Numbered from the stretch's first letter, positions 14,480 through 30,288 are shown. The stretch: DNA of 64,000 bases from Eledone cirrhosa (GCA_964016885.1 OZ024746.1:56730001-56794000); one strand, 5' to 3'. Numbers and translations are program-made. Notes: generated by a model from the letters alone, not told the origin.

Positions 14480-14544
14480 TATACATATATATATATATAC
14501 ATATATATACATATATATATATACATATATATACATATATATAC

Positions 14545-14607
<63 letters not shown>

Positions 14608-14686
14608 CATACATATGTATGGGTGTGTGTGTGTAAATATAACTTTGTAAGTGTGTTCGTATTTGTTTGTGATAATATATACGTAT

Positions 14687-14768
<82 letters not shown>

Positions 14769-15377
14769 TTATATATAAATGTATGTATATGAATCTGTGT
14801 GTATGTGTGGTTACATGTGTATATTATATATACAACCATATATACACATACATCTATAAACAGAAGTCTGCGAGTTACTGGGTGTCTATGTGTGTTTATA
14901 CATAATTATGTCTATATAAGTATATATAATGCCTACACAAATGTTGAATATAGAACTACAAAACTTTTAAACACATACTGGGCATACATCTCTGTGTAGG
15001 TATGTAAATATAATTAATATATATGTATATATGCCTGCATAAATATATATGTATGTATATGTATGCATATATGTATATACACACACATATATATATATAT
15101 ATATATGCATACATATGCATATACATTACATATATATTTATATATATTTACATGTTACACTGGAATAAATAGAAATATGAAAGTCTGCAAGGTAATAATT
15201 TAAATTTAATATATATGGAAATTATTAGAATATATGTGAATCACTCCATACATATGCATGCTTTTCTGTCTCATAGAATTAATAAACACATAAACACACA
15301 CAAGTATTATTGAATACACACACATCTATATGTCAACAAAGTGTAAGGCGAAAATGATTGTATGTGTAGCCCTAGCA

Positions 15378-15483
<106 letters not shown>

Positions 15484-16610
15484 GAATATATATACATATA
15501 TATAGTTCAAGGAGACAACAAACAGATGTAATATATATATGTTTATTTATAGGGAAAGAGGGAGGGAGAGAGGAGGAGCCCTGTATGAATAATGTTAGTG
15601 CGAAAAACTACTCCAATCAACTGAGACTATCCTTTTTTTAGAAATGATGTAAAACAAGCAATGTGGAGAAGCCATATCTTTGAGCGGGTCAACGTCATTT
15701 ATAACATTTTAAAACAACGTGGTTAAACAGACCTTGTGTATAAGGAAGCTAGCTTATATAAAATATCCTCACATCTGTATATTTCGAGAGTACGATGTAT
15801 ATATTTATAACCATTATATTAATGGTTCGAAAATGCAGAATCCTATAAAATATATAACTCATTTATATGTAGGTACTGGCTTGGAGTTCGTAGTCTTAAC
15901 AGATAATGGTACAGCATAGCTACCGATTATCGATGAAAAGCAGTAAAACAATAAATGCCTTGGTCTTTAGTGTACCACAACCTACATTATTTTTATTGGA
16001 AGCTACCTTTCAGTGACACAACAACAGCGTATGGTACAATTACCAGAGGCATTAATTTCTACACATATAGGCTTGCCTTGGGTCATGACGAATTATTGGG
16101 TTGCACCTGGAAATGTTTTTTCTCCAAAAATACAACCGTATACAACGTGTTTCGTTGCTTGACATTCTCTCCATCTTCACGCCATGAATGTCATCCAATA
16201 CTTAGAGTTTCGTGTCAGTGTCGTCGGAGTAAAAACATTCCCTCTTTCACTGCATTGGATACCGGTTGTCTCAAGGATCGCCTACAACTGCTGATCATAT
16301 ATAATATATCTATAGGAAAGTGAGGGACTATCTTTTAAGCGTAATATCTTATCAGGCCAAATCTTATCTCAGTTTCTTTGGCGTTAAGCAATTGACAGTA
16401 AATTATTCCTCACTGAGTTAAGACCAATCAATTGTAGGAATAACACATGCTTGCTGCTGGTAGTAATGTTTGCCAGCTGAATAAGATGGAGGATCTTGAA
16501 GTGAATTGTCATGTTAAAGGAGACAAGGCACCATCCGTCATGAGAATCGAACTTAAAAATAATGACACTAAACATTACATCATGTAGTTTCACAAATATA
16601 TATATTCACA

Positions 16611-16782
16611 TAATTGTTTCTACTTTTGGCACAAGGCCAGCAATTACCCAATGTATCGACCCCGTAAGGATGAAAGGCAAAGTTAACCTCGGCGGTATTT
16701 GAACTCAGAATGGCAAGGGCTGTAACTCTTTGCTGCAAAGCATGGCGTCCGACCCTCTACCGATACTGCCAATCCACCGCCC
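16611..16782 (-). mobile_element. tRNA-derived SINE
   Basis: Reverse complement of the same unit with a small internal deletion. Confidence 0.85.
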
Positions 16783-17283
16783 TCTATATAATGTATATAT
16801 TCACATAATATTAGATAAGCAGTTACATGCACACATGATTACTGCACATGAAACGGTGCAGAAACAGACTGCTGCAGGTGTTTACCAGCTAGTTCTCACG
16901 AAGTAGTAATCACAGCAGTAATTATGCAGTCCTGTCTAGGTCGAGTGTATATAACTCAACATATTAACAGTGTTGTACGGTGGTTATATTATAACATATT
17001 CATATACGTATCGACGTGTATATATATATATATATATATTAGGGCGTAGTAAAACTCCATAGGCTGAAACGCTTGGAGACTGGCCAAGATTATCTCTTTG
17101 AATGAGCAAATGAAATATATTTTTCAACATAGTCCCCACAAAGATACAATGCAGTTATTAAGAAGAGTTAAAATTATCTAAAATCACTCCTTCATAGTCA
17201 GTCTATTAACACTTCAGTTACCCCTTATATATATATATATTTATATATATAGCTGTCGAAACCGCGACCTTCTGCCCTTCTTT

Positions 17284-17326
<43 letters not shown>

Positions 17327-17851
17327 TAGTACTTGTAAATACTTTGAAGACATTTATACATGTGAGATTCATTGACAGAGACATGACTAGGTTACTTGAC
17401 AAAGAATGGGTCTCCAAAATACTGAAGGTATGTACCACAGTAAACTCTGTGTTGCATAACAGTGTATGCGTAATGAATCGGTAAATATCTATATTATAAT
17501 TAGCAGGCTTAAATAGTCAATGGGATTCAGTAAATTGACTCCAAATGAGGAACTGCTATTTTTACGGTTTTACTATGTGCTGAGATCAAATATCACTTGA
17601 ATTTATTGTACCCCATTTCGAGGTCGATTAATAAAGTGCCAGTCGGGCTTCGGTGGATTTGAGAAATTGTTAAATCGTCGCAGTGAATAATTTACGATAA
17701 CTATACTGCATCCCTGCGTTCTGACTTCAAATTCTATCTCAAGCCCTTGATGATGTTTCATTCGACAGATAAAATCAACAATGTAAAGATAATGTGTGAC
17801 ATAGATATTTTCATACGATCTGATGATTGTCTTCTTTCTTTTTTCTCTCAG

Positions 17852-18022
17852 GTGTTCCGCTCAACAGATAGCATCAACATGGACAAGGCGTATGAATACG
17901 TGGCTTCTTGTGTCCGATGCGTTGATGAACTTCCGTTTATTTTCTTCCGGGAATTGAGAACACAGATACTATCAGCAACAAAAAGACCAATTGAAAGCTG
18001 GCTTCCTTCATTCAAGTTGACG
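17852..18022 (+). CDS. Candidate internal exon of an unidentified host gene
   Basis: Strong polypyrimidine tract plus cag acceptor at 17831-17851; 171-nt open phase-0 frame (VFRSTDSINMDKAYEYVASCVRCVDELPFIFFRELRTQILSATKRPIESWLPSFKLT); possible donor ACG|gtagac. Protein not recognised. Confidence 0.4.
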
Positions 18023-18505
18023 GTAGACCCCTTTCTTTCTCGCATATAGAGAACAAATGATGAAAAAGGCGGTAATTTTGGTGGCTTGGCCGTTGATTAA
18101 TCAGTTTATAGTGTTAGCAATAACTTTACTGACATTTATGTCTACATTATATTGCCTTATTTTATGTAGTCATTAGTTTCATGTGGAAAAAATAGCAATC
18201 AATTGAGATTTATAGTTATATACATCGCTATGAACAGTTTTAAGATTTATTAAACCAATAGATACATATTAGTATGGTATAGTGTGTGCAGCAAGTTTGC
18301 GTTATCTGAATCTCAGTAAGTGTCTTTGTGAGCTTGTTTCTGTATTTATTCATGTGTCAGTATGTACTGCTATTTTAACGTTAAATGTATTTGTAATTAC
18401 ATGTTTGTTTGATCATTCTTCTCCCCTTACCCCACATACTCACAAAGGCACTCGCACACACATACACACACACACACGCACACACACATACACCAATATA
18501 TATCA

Positions 18506-18703
18506 CAAAGAAGGTGTGGCAAGAAACGAGGTATTCCATAACGCACCAGAGTACTCGATACTTAGGTTAGTAGAGTGGATAATAGGAAAAAAGGTCAGGA
18601 GACCGACGGCTGAGCTGCGGCCGTTTCGACAGCTTGTTCCGAACTCATTTCGATCTAGCTGTCGGAACGGCCGGAACTCAGACGTCGGGGTTCTGACTAT
18701 TTT

Positions 18704-18707
<4 letters not shown>
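18506..18707 (-). mobile_element. Family B fold-back element (older copy)
   Basis: Tail 18506-18582 then imperfect hairpin 18583-18707 ending at CCTA next to (TA)n. Confidence 0.75.
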
Positions 18708-18738
<31 letters not shown>

Positions 18739-18749
18739 TTGATATATAT

Positions 18750-19095
18750 ATCAAGGATATTAAATGGAAACTATATTTATAAAACCATATTTATTTTATT
18801 ATATATATTTCAAGGGTACCAACATTTTGGTATACTTCCATCAGATAAAATACAAAGTTTGTTTTATAAATATTGACACATCCAGGAACGAGATCTTTAC
18901 TGTTCAAATTTTACCTTGAAAGTCTATCCAGGTAAAAGTTGAAGTGTCAAGATATAATAGATATGGTTTTATGAATATAGTTTCCATTTATTAATATCAT
19001 TGATATTATACTCCAGAAAACCAGTCGAGTGCTTCGAATCAGTTATACATATATATATTTGTTGAATTACCAACAGATTAAATATCCCTTTGCTT
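18750..19095 (+). mobile_element. Family C fold-back element (decayed)
   Basis: Homologous to 24111-24571; left arm carries decayed HHR on minus (CTGATGG-aagtataccaaaatgttggtaccctt-GAAA-tatata-TA); right arm partly deleted; tail has GTCGAGTGCT. Confidence 0.7.
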
Positions 19096-19168
19096 ATATA
19101 TATTAATTCTGGGAACATTATTACATCAATATGACCCTCCCCAAGTATAACAATATATATATATATAA

Positions 19169-19243
<75 letters not shown>

Positions 19244-21493
19244 TATATATATATGTATATATGAATGCCTGTGTGCTTGTGTATGTGTGTAGATGAAACG
19301 ACCAACCCGTAATTTCGAACAGATTGCAATCTATCTACCCAGACTGATATTTACAGTTTAATATCACGTTTTAAATGCTCAGTCAGTTGTTATTTGAAAG
19401 TGGTTAGTAATGTGGTATTTTGATCAGGTGGGCAACTGTCGAAATCGCGAGAACACAAAACGAATGTTGGAAGAAAAATACAGTTGAATACGTCAACTAT
19501 AGTACTTCGATGTGAATGTGCTTGGAGTTGACCTTGTCACCTATAATTATCTATATGCCGATAACGGTAGTCATAATAAAATAAAATGTCTATAAATTAA
19601 CGATAGATAACAAGCATTATGTTATATGGAAGCTAAGATAACACATCTTATGATATATGGAAGCTAATTCGTGTGCCTGACAATATTGCTAGAGCCTGGT
19701 ATCAAATTCCATTTCGTTTTTTTTTCTTCTGGACTTTGTATTCTGTATTGAAATCTGAGGTAACATTTGCATTATATCCATCTCGTGGTCGATAAAATAA
19801 AGCACCACTCAAGCATTGAAGTTGCTTTAATGAACATTGCGCATCGCCCAAAATGTTGGCATTGTGATGAAATTAAAAATCAATATATAATGAAGTGGGT
19901 TATAATCAAGACAGCATCGGAAGTAAATGAATGTAGAAAGAATAGTTGTTTAATGCTTTTACAAGCGGAATAATTTGTTGGGATAGGAATTGTCGGTTGC
20001 ATGGACTCTAGTACTGGAAAATTTCAAAATTCCGAATGAATGATATGCAATGTTCATCTGAGTGGGTAGATCTTAAAATACTGAAAACCGTAAATTCTAA
20101 ATAGTGAAAACCAGTAAATTCGGTAGATCTTGCTATTATATTGAATTAAATAATGATTTATATAATTAGCCACATTATCACAATTGACAAATCTAACAAC
20201 AGTAGTTGTCTCATACAGGGTGTAAAAAATGATACCGTATCATTTTCTACGTTATTTTTTTATTGACAAAACTGAGGACGCTCTGAATATCCTTAGGGCA
20301 AACCATTAAAGACAACATAACAAAAATCCAGTATCTTCTGATATTTCTGGACAGAGTTACAGCATATATAACATGTGAACACCCATTTGAATCCTAGCAT
20401 ATTTGAGGCGCATGAAATTTAGAATAACGTCTTAAGAATCAGACCTCCGGATGGCAGAGATCTCCTTTTCGATGGTTTCCTTTATATCAGTGATGCTCCT
20501 GCGTTTGTTGACATATATTTTCTCTCTCAGATAGCCTCTGGGATATCTGAGAGAGAAAATATCTGATGGCTTGAATCAGGGATGTGTGGGGTCGGGCTCT
20601 CACAAAAGAAGTCGTTAGACTAATCACACGATGTCCAAAGTTATTCTTCAGTCTGTATTATGTAAGGGGTACGTCTTAAAATTCAATTTGATAACCATTC
20701 TGGATGTTTCGCTGGAATTTGCCAAGGACTGGCTTCTCCTGTGCAACGAATGTTTTCGGCTCTGTTCAACAAAATCACGGACCATGTCGATATAGTCATA
20801 TGTACACTTCTTGGCTCATCCAGAGTGAGTAGGACTGTCTTCAGATAGGGTATTGAGGTTCTCCACTGTCCCATAGTTATTAAACATATTCAGCTAGTTT
20901 TGTAAAGTAGCTTTGAAAAGAGCGTTGTCTGTCCACAAAAATGCATGATATTACACCTGGAAATGTTTGACACGCTACACTTACTGGGGCTTCCATTTTC
21001 TCACTGCTCGTTGTTTCATCAGACGTTGTATCTACCATGACCTGAAATTTAATGTTGATCGGTTAGAAGATGAATGAATATACAGTGACACAAACGTCTA
21101 CGTTGCTAGTACTATTTATTGAGGTTGTACATATCACAGGAATTGATTTGGGTATCATTCTTTCATGGAGGGTAAATATATTGCATGAGCAGTTAACCCC
21201 GACGAGATTTGCAATGAGAAGACGCAAAAGGCATGACTAAATACGCAAGAATCGTACCTAATACACACGATTTGACTGAAAAATGTGTGCTCATTTGCTT
21301 TTGTATATATGACTCGTTCCACATATTGAACCCAGAAAGATAGGCGACACACGCATCTTTGGTAGAACTCGAACTGAGGAGAGATAAAAGCTTAATAGAG
21401 TACAAGAGTACGACAAAACCTTACGCAGTTGCCCTTTTTGACATTTACTATCACTCAAGAAATAGTGCCGTCTTCTGCAGAAAAGTTATTGTT

Positions 21494-21527
<34 letters not shown>

Positions 21528-21766
21528 TAGTAATAATAATAAGTTCAAACATAGGACCGTCCTAAATGTTGCAGTAGTAGAGAGAAAGAGAGAGATATTT
21601 GAACACGAGGAGGAAGAAATAAGGGAGGGGGAGGGGGGGGGGGGTCGGGGAAGAGTAAATAGCATTACAAAACAAAGGTAGTCAGTGCGCTTGCGCAGAG
21701 AGAAGTTCAAGTTAGCGATTCAGGTTGGTCTCATCTCATACGCGCATGAGTATCTATCTATCTATC

Positions 21767-21800
<34 letters not shown>

Positions 21801-22016
21801 AATGTGTGTGTGTATTTATATATACAGATATACACTTATAGACACTTATTCACCTCACATACATACACACATGCAGTTAGTTACTCAAATACTATTACGT
21901 GCACACACGCATGTATATGAATAAATGTACTGCTGTCGTATAAAAATGACTATTCTAAAACTACCCTCGCCGGTTAATGCAGAAAAACACACACACAAAG
22001 CATATGTGTATATGTT

Positions 22017-22366
<350 letters not shown>

Positions 22367-22377
22367 ATATATATATA

Positions 22378-22492
<115 letters not shown>

Positions 22493-23403
22493 AGCATATA
22501 TATATATACATATACACATATATTTATATATAAACTTATACATATATACAGTATATAGTATTCATGCATTAAACACACACACATATAGTCGGTCCTTCAC
22601 GTGACTGAAAATGCACAGTATGCAGAGAAATGCAGTGTAGTCTGCTACTGACTGTATCATGGAAATGTGAATACAGGAAGTAAAAGGCGAGAGTGAGAGA
22701 GAGATGGAGACTGGGGGATTGTAAAAGGGGTAGGAGAGAGTGGCTGACAGACAGCTGTATAGATAGAGAGGTAATGTGAATGAGTAGACAGCAACCGAGA
22801 TAGAGAGAGTGCAGTTATGTGATTGTGAAAAAAAATTGGCAATTTCGTACGGAAACACACTCAATCACACACATTCATGAAGGCGCTACGAACGCGGACC
22901 CCATCACGCAACGCGCACAGACATGGATAAGAATAAATGCATTATGTTTCTAGAAAAGCGTCTATTTTGTAACCTACACATAACTTCGTAGACACGGTAA
23001 CACATCATATCGTGAATATATTTGAAACGTCCTCGTAATGATGCAGCATGTGTGTATATTCAGGTAAAGAAACATATGTTGATGTTAACAAAACTGATAT
23101 TTTCGCGTGTCCCATAGTCTCATGTTGTTGCTCATATTACTATACAATATCGCGGGATGTGACATACTTTGTTTTTCATCTTCTTTGATTTCATATAATA
23201 AATACCATTGGTATACACCGGGATCAAATAGATAAATGCATTGCATACCTTACTTTAAAAACCTTGGTATTATGGCGAGGATGGAGATGGGTGATCGAGA
23301 GACGGACCATTGCGAGGCCACTTAGGCATGAGTTTCTACTTTAGGCTCATGTTAACCAGTACTATGTGAGTGGAATTTTGTAGACGGATACTCCAGAAGC
23401 TCG

Positions 23404-23463
<60 letters not shown>

Positions 23464-23470
23464 GCATATG

Positions 23471-23510
<40 letters not shown>

Positions 23511-23511
<1 letters not shown>

Positions 23512-23556
23512 TCCTGATGATTTTTCCCGAATGAAACAGTTCTAGTCCTGTAGAAG
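23511..23556 (+). ncRNA. Type I hammerhead motif (family A, solo arm)
   Basis: ttc CTGATGA tttttcccgaat GAAA cag ttctagtc ctg TA gaa; intact core and stem III, weak stem II; sits between (TA)n and (CA)n. Confidence 0.65.
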
Positions 23557-23571
23557 CCATTTCTAGATTAA

Positions 23572-23806
<235 letters not shown>

Positions 23807-24154
23807 AGGGTGTGTAACTAGGAGTTAGCATGTATTTCCTTTTCTTATAGCATTTTAAGAGGGTCCGTCGAGCTGCCGATTATTGAGTCGGGTAGGATCG
23901 ATACAGATTGAACCTTGAGCTGATCAGTGGCGAAACGCGCGTCACCTATCAATAAATGCAATGAAGGAGTAATCAATCGTCCTTGTTATCCTTTCAATAT
24001 ATATATAGTGTCGATGACTCAGTGAAGTACTGGTGGTGGTTGCAAAACAACCATTCTATGTACAAGCGGAGTGTGTATACATCCTCTTTTTTCTTATATA
24101 TATATATATATACAATATTAAATAAATGGAAAACTATATTTATAAAACCATATT

Positions 24155-24220
24155 TATTTCATTATATATATTTCGGGGATATCATATTAACAATATGTTA
24201 TGCCTTCATCAGACAAAATA
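24155..24220 (-). ncRNA. Type I hammerhead (mirror copy, family C)
   Basis: Reverse complement of 24375-24440 with one stem II substitution. Confidence 0.7.
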
Positions 24221-24374
24221 CAATATAAACAGTTTTATAGATAAATATATTCGACATACCGTAATAAACATCAACTTCATTTGAAAAGGTTTACGCTAGA
24301 GTAAACCTCTTCAAATGAAGTTGATGTTTATTACGGTATGTCGAATATATTTATCTATAAAACTGTTTATATTG

Positions 24375-24440
24375 TATTTTGTCTGATGAAGGCATAGCAT
24401 ATTGTTAATATGATATCCCCGAAATATATATAATGAAATA
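24375..24440 (+). ncRNA. Type I hammerhead ribozyme (family C)
   Basis: TATTTTGT-CTGATGA-aggcatagCATATT-gtt-AATATGatatcccc-GAAA-TATATA-TA-ATGAAATA: 8-bp stem I with two G.U pairs, long imperfect stem II, palindromic stem III. Confidence 0.7.
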
Positions 24441-24568
24441 AATATGGTTTTATAAATATAGTTTTCCATTTATTTAATATTGTAAATATACTCCAAATAT
24501 TTGTCGAGTGCTTTTATATCAGTTATAAATATTTACTAGTTGTAACCCAACAATTTTAAATATAACTT

Positions 24569-24628
<60 letters not shown>

Positions 24629-25468
24629 GTGTATGCATGTATGTGTGCGTTTGTGTGTTTATTTATGTAATTATGTATAGGTAATTGTATGTTTGTTTAC
24701 AAATATGTGTGTGTGTCTGTCTGTGTTTATGTCACCTAATTGAACATTTTGTCAAGTAAGCGATCTATAAACATGTAAACACTGGTTGAACATGAATCTA
24801 CTATAGCATGGCGGCGTTACAGCATGGTCGCAGTCTAATAGCTGAAACCGATAAAATAATAAATTATTTGACTTCAGCCACACGACCACACACATATTTG
24901 TAATAAAATGTAAAACTGTAATTGCTTTCCAATCGGAAGTTGACTGACTGTAAAACTATAATTTCTTGCAGATGTAGCTGACATGAAAATGACGTTAAGA
25001 TTATGACATACTATAAAAACATCAGTGATAGACAAACATAGTATCATTATGTGTTCTGTTTGTTTGCTTGTTATGTGACATATCGTCTTTACTTTCTATT
25101 TGGATAACAGATAAACGCGAATGTTTGTTCGTTAGGTACACACACTTACACTCCCTCACACACATATACACATTCTCTAACATACAGACATATACATCAC
25201 AAGTTCTCAATACATGATCTATCACTACACTCACTCAGCTTAGCGTTTCTATTTCTCGATTAATCTCACACCACTCTCTCATTCTCTGTCTCACTTTCTC
25301 TCATTAAAGTTTTCTCTTTATTTCTGTCTCTTTCTCACTCTCTCTCTCACCCCCTCGCCCTCTCTCTTTCTATCTCTCTGTCTCTCACTCTTTTTGTCTC
25401 TCTCTCTCTTTACAGAGACACATATATATGAATATATATATATATGTGTGTGTATATGTATATATGTT

Positions 25469-25519
<51 letters not shown>

Positions 25520-25546
25520 GTACATATATATCTGTGTGTGTATATG

Positions 25547-25596
<50 letters not shown>

Positions 25597-25678
25597 AATA
25601 TATATATATATATATGTGTGTGAATATATATATATATACATATATACACACTTACATATCCATATATATATATGTATG

Positions 25679-25781
<103 letters not shown>

Positions 25782-25971
25782 AATACATACATATATATAT
25801 GGATATGTAAGTGTGTATATATGTATATATATATTCACACACACACACATATATATATATATGTACATATATATATATATATATATATATAAATATATGC
25901 ATATATATATACATATATATATGTCTAAAAACACGCGGTCTGCATTTAGCTTCGTTTTTGTGTTCACACAT

Positions 25972-26037
<66 letters not shown>

Positions 26038-27132
26038 TTACATATATATATGTGTGTGTGTGAACACAATAACGAAGCTAAATGCGGACCGCGTGTTTTT
26101 AGAGATTTTTATTTCTATCATTATAGTTATTAGGTTAATAACTTAATAAATTACTATTTGATGTTATGTAAATAAGATGCAACTTTCTTGCTGGGAATTA
26201 TTTTTATCTCTGAATGTTTTTATGTAATTTTTGACACGTTTTCTTCAATTGTGTAAATGTACTCTGTACTTGAGGATTATGTTATGGACCCGGTAAATAT
26301 AAAATACAGATTTGAGTGGCTGTTAATTTGAATAGGTCAGTGACCTAATATATGTTAGCGTTTTGTCTTGAATGCGTGTGTATATGTTCCGGGGTTGGTT
26401 GATATATGTATATGTCTATATTTATGTGTGCTAGATTCTACGTGTGTCTGTTTATGTGGTAGGGATATATATGGTTGAGTGAATTTTTGTGTGTTTATAT
26501 ATGTATATATATATATATAGGACAAGATTCAGGACCCCTACGGCTGAACTCCGGTCGTTTGATCATCTTCCTGTCAAACAATATTTTCACGATGAACTTT
26601 TCAAATGTAAGCAGTGCCATAACTTAACAAGCATAGGATCACGTTTGTCCTAACTCTGGCACTGTATATATATATATTGAAGATATATAACAAAGCGCAA
26701 CCCCTTCCTGCTTCGGCTTTATATGTCCCCTCTCTCCCCCCCCCCCTCTCTCTCTCTCTCATATATATATATATGTTTCCTATTCCACCTGGTTTTGGTG
26801 AGGCTGATAACGTTAGTATTCAATGTGTCCTTGGAAAGATGGTTGAACCAAGATTTGGCGGTGTGAACAGTTGTTTTTTGTCGTTGGTGACCACAGCTTT
26901 AGGTTCCATCGAGAAAGACCTGCCCAGATTTCATAGTTATTTACACATGTATGTTTGTGCATAGAACAATGAAGAAAAGACACAGGTCAAAGGTAGTCAT
27001 TTTTTTCATTGTTCTATGCACACACACAGACACATACACACACACGCACATATATATATGTATATATACACACACACATATATATGTTTATATATATATA
27101 TATATATGCATATATATATGCATATATATGTC

Positions 27133-27184
<52 letters not shown>

Positions 27185-27665
27185 TATATATATATATGCA
27201 TGTATGTATGTATATATATATGTGTGTATAAACATGTATGTGTATCTATGTATGTATGCATATATATATATATATATATATGTATATATGTGTGTGTGTG
27301 TGTGTGTGTTTGTTTGTGTTTGTGTGTTTGTGTGTGTGTGTGTGTATGTGCGTGTGTGTGTGTGTGTGTGTGTATGTGCGTGTGTGTGTGTATGTGTGTG
27401 CGCGTGTATAGTTTAAAATACAACGTTTCCACATAAGAAACTGATAAAGGTAGGTGAATAAGTAATTACACCGCAACAAATGTTGTTTAATCCAGTAAAC
27501 TACTCGGATACAGACAATTCTATTTTTGTTAAATCCTTTTTCTTTTCAATATTATATTTTATATTTATGTAAATACATAATTGATGAATGAAACAAAACA
27601 ACACAGGTATGCAAAAATAAAAATACATAATAGTTTCACGCTTTGAGCAAATGGAAACGGGAATA

Positions 27666-27693
27666 CTACGTTTCGGATTGAAGTCCTTCATCA
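27666..27693 (-). ncRNA. Decayed minimal hammerhead in a probable PLE 3' end relic (~27410-27900)
   Basis: Minus TTGATGA-aGGA-cttcaa-TCC-GAAA-cg-TA; only the first core C is mutated. Confidence 0.55.
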
Positions 27694-28507
27694 ACAATTT
27701 CGTATATGGAGCGTACATGAAAGTTGTGTGTGAAATTTAGGAAAGGAATTTAGGAAAAGGGTGTTAGGAAGACGTTTATATGTTGTGAATAGCAGGTGAG
27801 AGTTCTAGAATTTGGTAGTGTGGGCCGTAGTGGAGGGTCTAGGTGTGTCAAGGATGTGGTTGTGTGTGTGCCGAATATATATTTAGTCGTGATAATAAAT
27901 CTGGAAAGAGGAAAATATTCTGGTATACATTAACAAATTAAAATCTATTTTGTTATAGCAAGAATTGATTCTTCCCGTTTCACTTAATGACTTATTTCTC
28001 CTTGCATACATTTCACTGTATCTAAAGAGAGTGTCTTCGTGTGTTTCACTTATGTCTCTCTATTTTCCAAAGGCAATATTTGCTCGTGAATTTTTTGAAA
28101 TATTGAATTCTGCCTCCTCTGATTGATATGACTGTTGAGAAGATCCTGCTTTAGGCTGAAAGCAGAAAGAGTTTTGTTTACATTCAAATCTCTGCTAATA
28201 ACAAAGATTTGCTATATAGATTTATATATACTTATATATACCCCCCCCCCCCCACACACACACACACGCACACACACACACTCTCACACACACACACATA
28301 TATATATATATTTTTTTTTTACTTGGAATAACTTTTATTTTCTATATCTATCATTTTTTATCCGTCTCTATATTTGTATTCCTGAAAAGGGCTAAATCCC
28401 GACAGGACAAACTTTGTATCACCTTTTCCACATAAAGCATGAAACAAATAACACTTTTAGTATGTTTGTCTTATCGGCTATACGAACTATATATATGCAC
28501 TATATGT

Positions 28508-28617
<110 letters not shown>

Positions 28618-29464
28618 ATATATAAATATGTGTGTGTTTGTGTGTGCGCATGTATGTGTGTGTGTGTGCATGTGTGTGTGCGTGCGTATGTGTGCGTATG
28701 TGTGCATGTGCGCCTGTGCGCATATATGTGGAAGCCTATGGGGTGATAACGAGAAAGTTCGATATAATAATAATTATCTCAAAACTCTCAATCTTAACTA
28801 TAATAAAAAAAGGATTTATTATATAATTATTTTAAAATCATAGAAAGTGTTTTATGGTAAGGAAAGGGAGAAAGGTTTGGCTAACTTATTTCCTATAGGG
28901 TTCGTCCAGAGAAGATTTAGTGAGGATTATTTAACGTTTTAAGCAGAAGGTAATCCTTCTGTACCCCCCCCTCCTCTCTCTCTCTCTCTCACTTCATACA
29001 ATCCTTACATTTCCATCTCTTTAGCTCAGTATCTTACTTCATATAATATTGCTGTTCATACTGAGTGGACAGTTTTCAGTCTGTATATGTTTAATTGCAG
29101 TAGCACAATACTAGCACTACTACAGCTGCTCCTACTATTATTATTAGCATCACCATGACTACTGCTACCACATATAGGGGACAGCACAAAATACAAAAGA
29201 CAGTGTTAGTGGGGTTTACAATCAATCATGTAAAAAGCGAAAGTAACAATAAAAATATAATAATACAAATTCCTCAATAAGGGTGAGAACTAGCCAGGGG
29301 CGATTCCGGAACCCCACCAATCCTGAACCACCCCATGCTCCGAGAGCATAACGTGGAGGGCACCCCTCTCCTCTTCAAATCAACCAGCCTACAGGCGCAT
29401 GCTTAGAGTAGGTCCATTCACATGGGCCATGCTCGGACCATTCAACTACAATTTAGACTGATCT

Positions 29465-29950
29465 CGGCACAAGTTCAACAATTTGAGTGGAGGGAGAAGT
29501 CGATTAAATCGACCCCAGTGCATTACTGGTGCTACATTTAGTCGACCCTATAAGGACGAGGAGCAAAGCTAAACTCGGCGAGATTTGAACTCAGAGCGTA
29601 AAGGGCAGTGTCTCTATGCCACCCAGAATGTCCGACGTTCTACCGATACTGCCAATCCACCACCCTTATACTGATAATAATTGTTTCTACATTTGGCACA
29701 AGGCCAGCAATAGTCTCAGTCAATTACTGGTACTTTATTTTATCGACCCTGTAAGGATGAAATGCAATGTTAACTTCGGCGGGATTTCAACTCAGACTGT
29801 AAAGGGCCATAAATCTATGCTGCACAGCATGGCGTCCAACCCTTTACTGATACTGCCATTTAGACACAACGCCAGTAATTTTAGAACGATGAGAAGCAAA
29901 GCTAACCTCGTGGGATTTGAACTCAGAAGAGATGGGGCTATAAATCTGTA
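29465..29950 (-). mobile_element. Two to three tandem tRNA-derived SINE copies
   Basis: Reverse-complement units of the 2544-3490 family. Confidence 0.8.
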
Positions 29951-30157
29951 CCAGGAAGCAGGATTTCCAATCATTTATTTTATTTGCCACACGGGCATCT
30001 GATGGAGGAGACGATACAAGGACAGCTTACAGACATTGAGGTTGAGGTTAACAAAAATAAGAGAAAAACTATAATCACCGGTCATGGTTACAACGATCAT
30101 CATCAACATCATTAAAATCACTACATCAACGTTCGAATCCATGAAGTAGTTGTAGTA

Positions 30158-30288
30158 ATGGTAGTAGTAGCAGCAGCAGTACCGCCATCATTATCCTCAG
30201 CAGCAGCTGTTATTGTAGTAATAACATTAGTACAAGTATTAATAATAGTAGTTACTGGTAGTAGTAGTAGTAGTAGTAGTAGTCATAT

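Larger units (their letters stand above)
24111..24571 (+). mobile_element. Family C fold-back element: 184-bp arms, 6-nt loop, ~87-nt tail
   Basis: 24111-24294 is the reverse complement of 24301-24484 (two mismatches noticed by eye); (TA)n on both sides. Confidence 0.9.

Noticed and set aside
20214-21050. Tc1/mariner remnant starting TACAGGGTG, with a small hairpin at 20515-20562
   Set aside because: No convincing matching TIR or readable DDE motifs.
23915-23947. GAAA-CGCGCG-TC hammerhead-like 3' half
   Set aside because: Upstream core reads CTGATCA with no stem II and no stem I pairing; at most a relic.
26518-26575. Family B-like arm that might retain a catalytic strand (minus AGGAAGATGATC)
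   Set aside because: Too degenerate to count as a CTGAAGA core.
28378-28410. CTGAAAA-GGG-ctaaat-CCC-GACA hammerhead-like motif
   Set aside because: Two core mismatches and no stem III or cleavage site.
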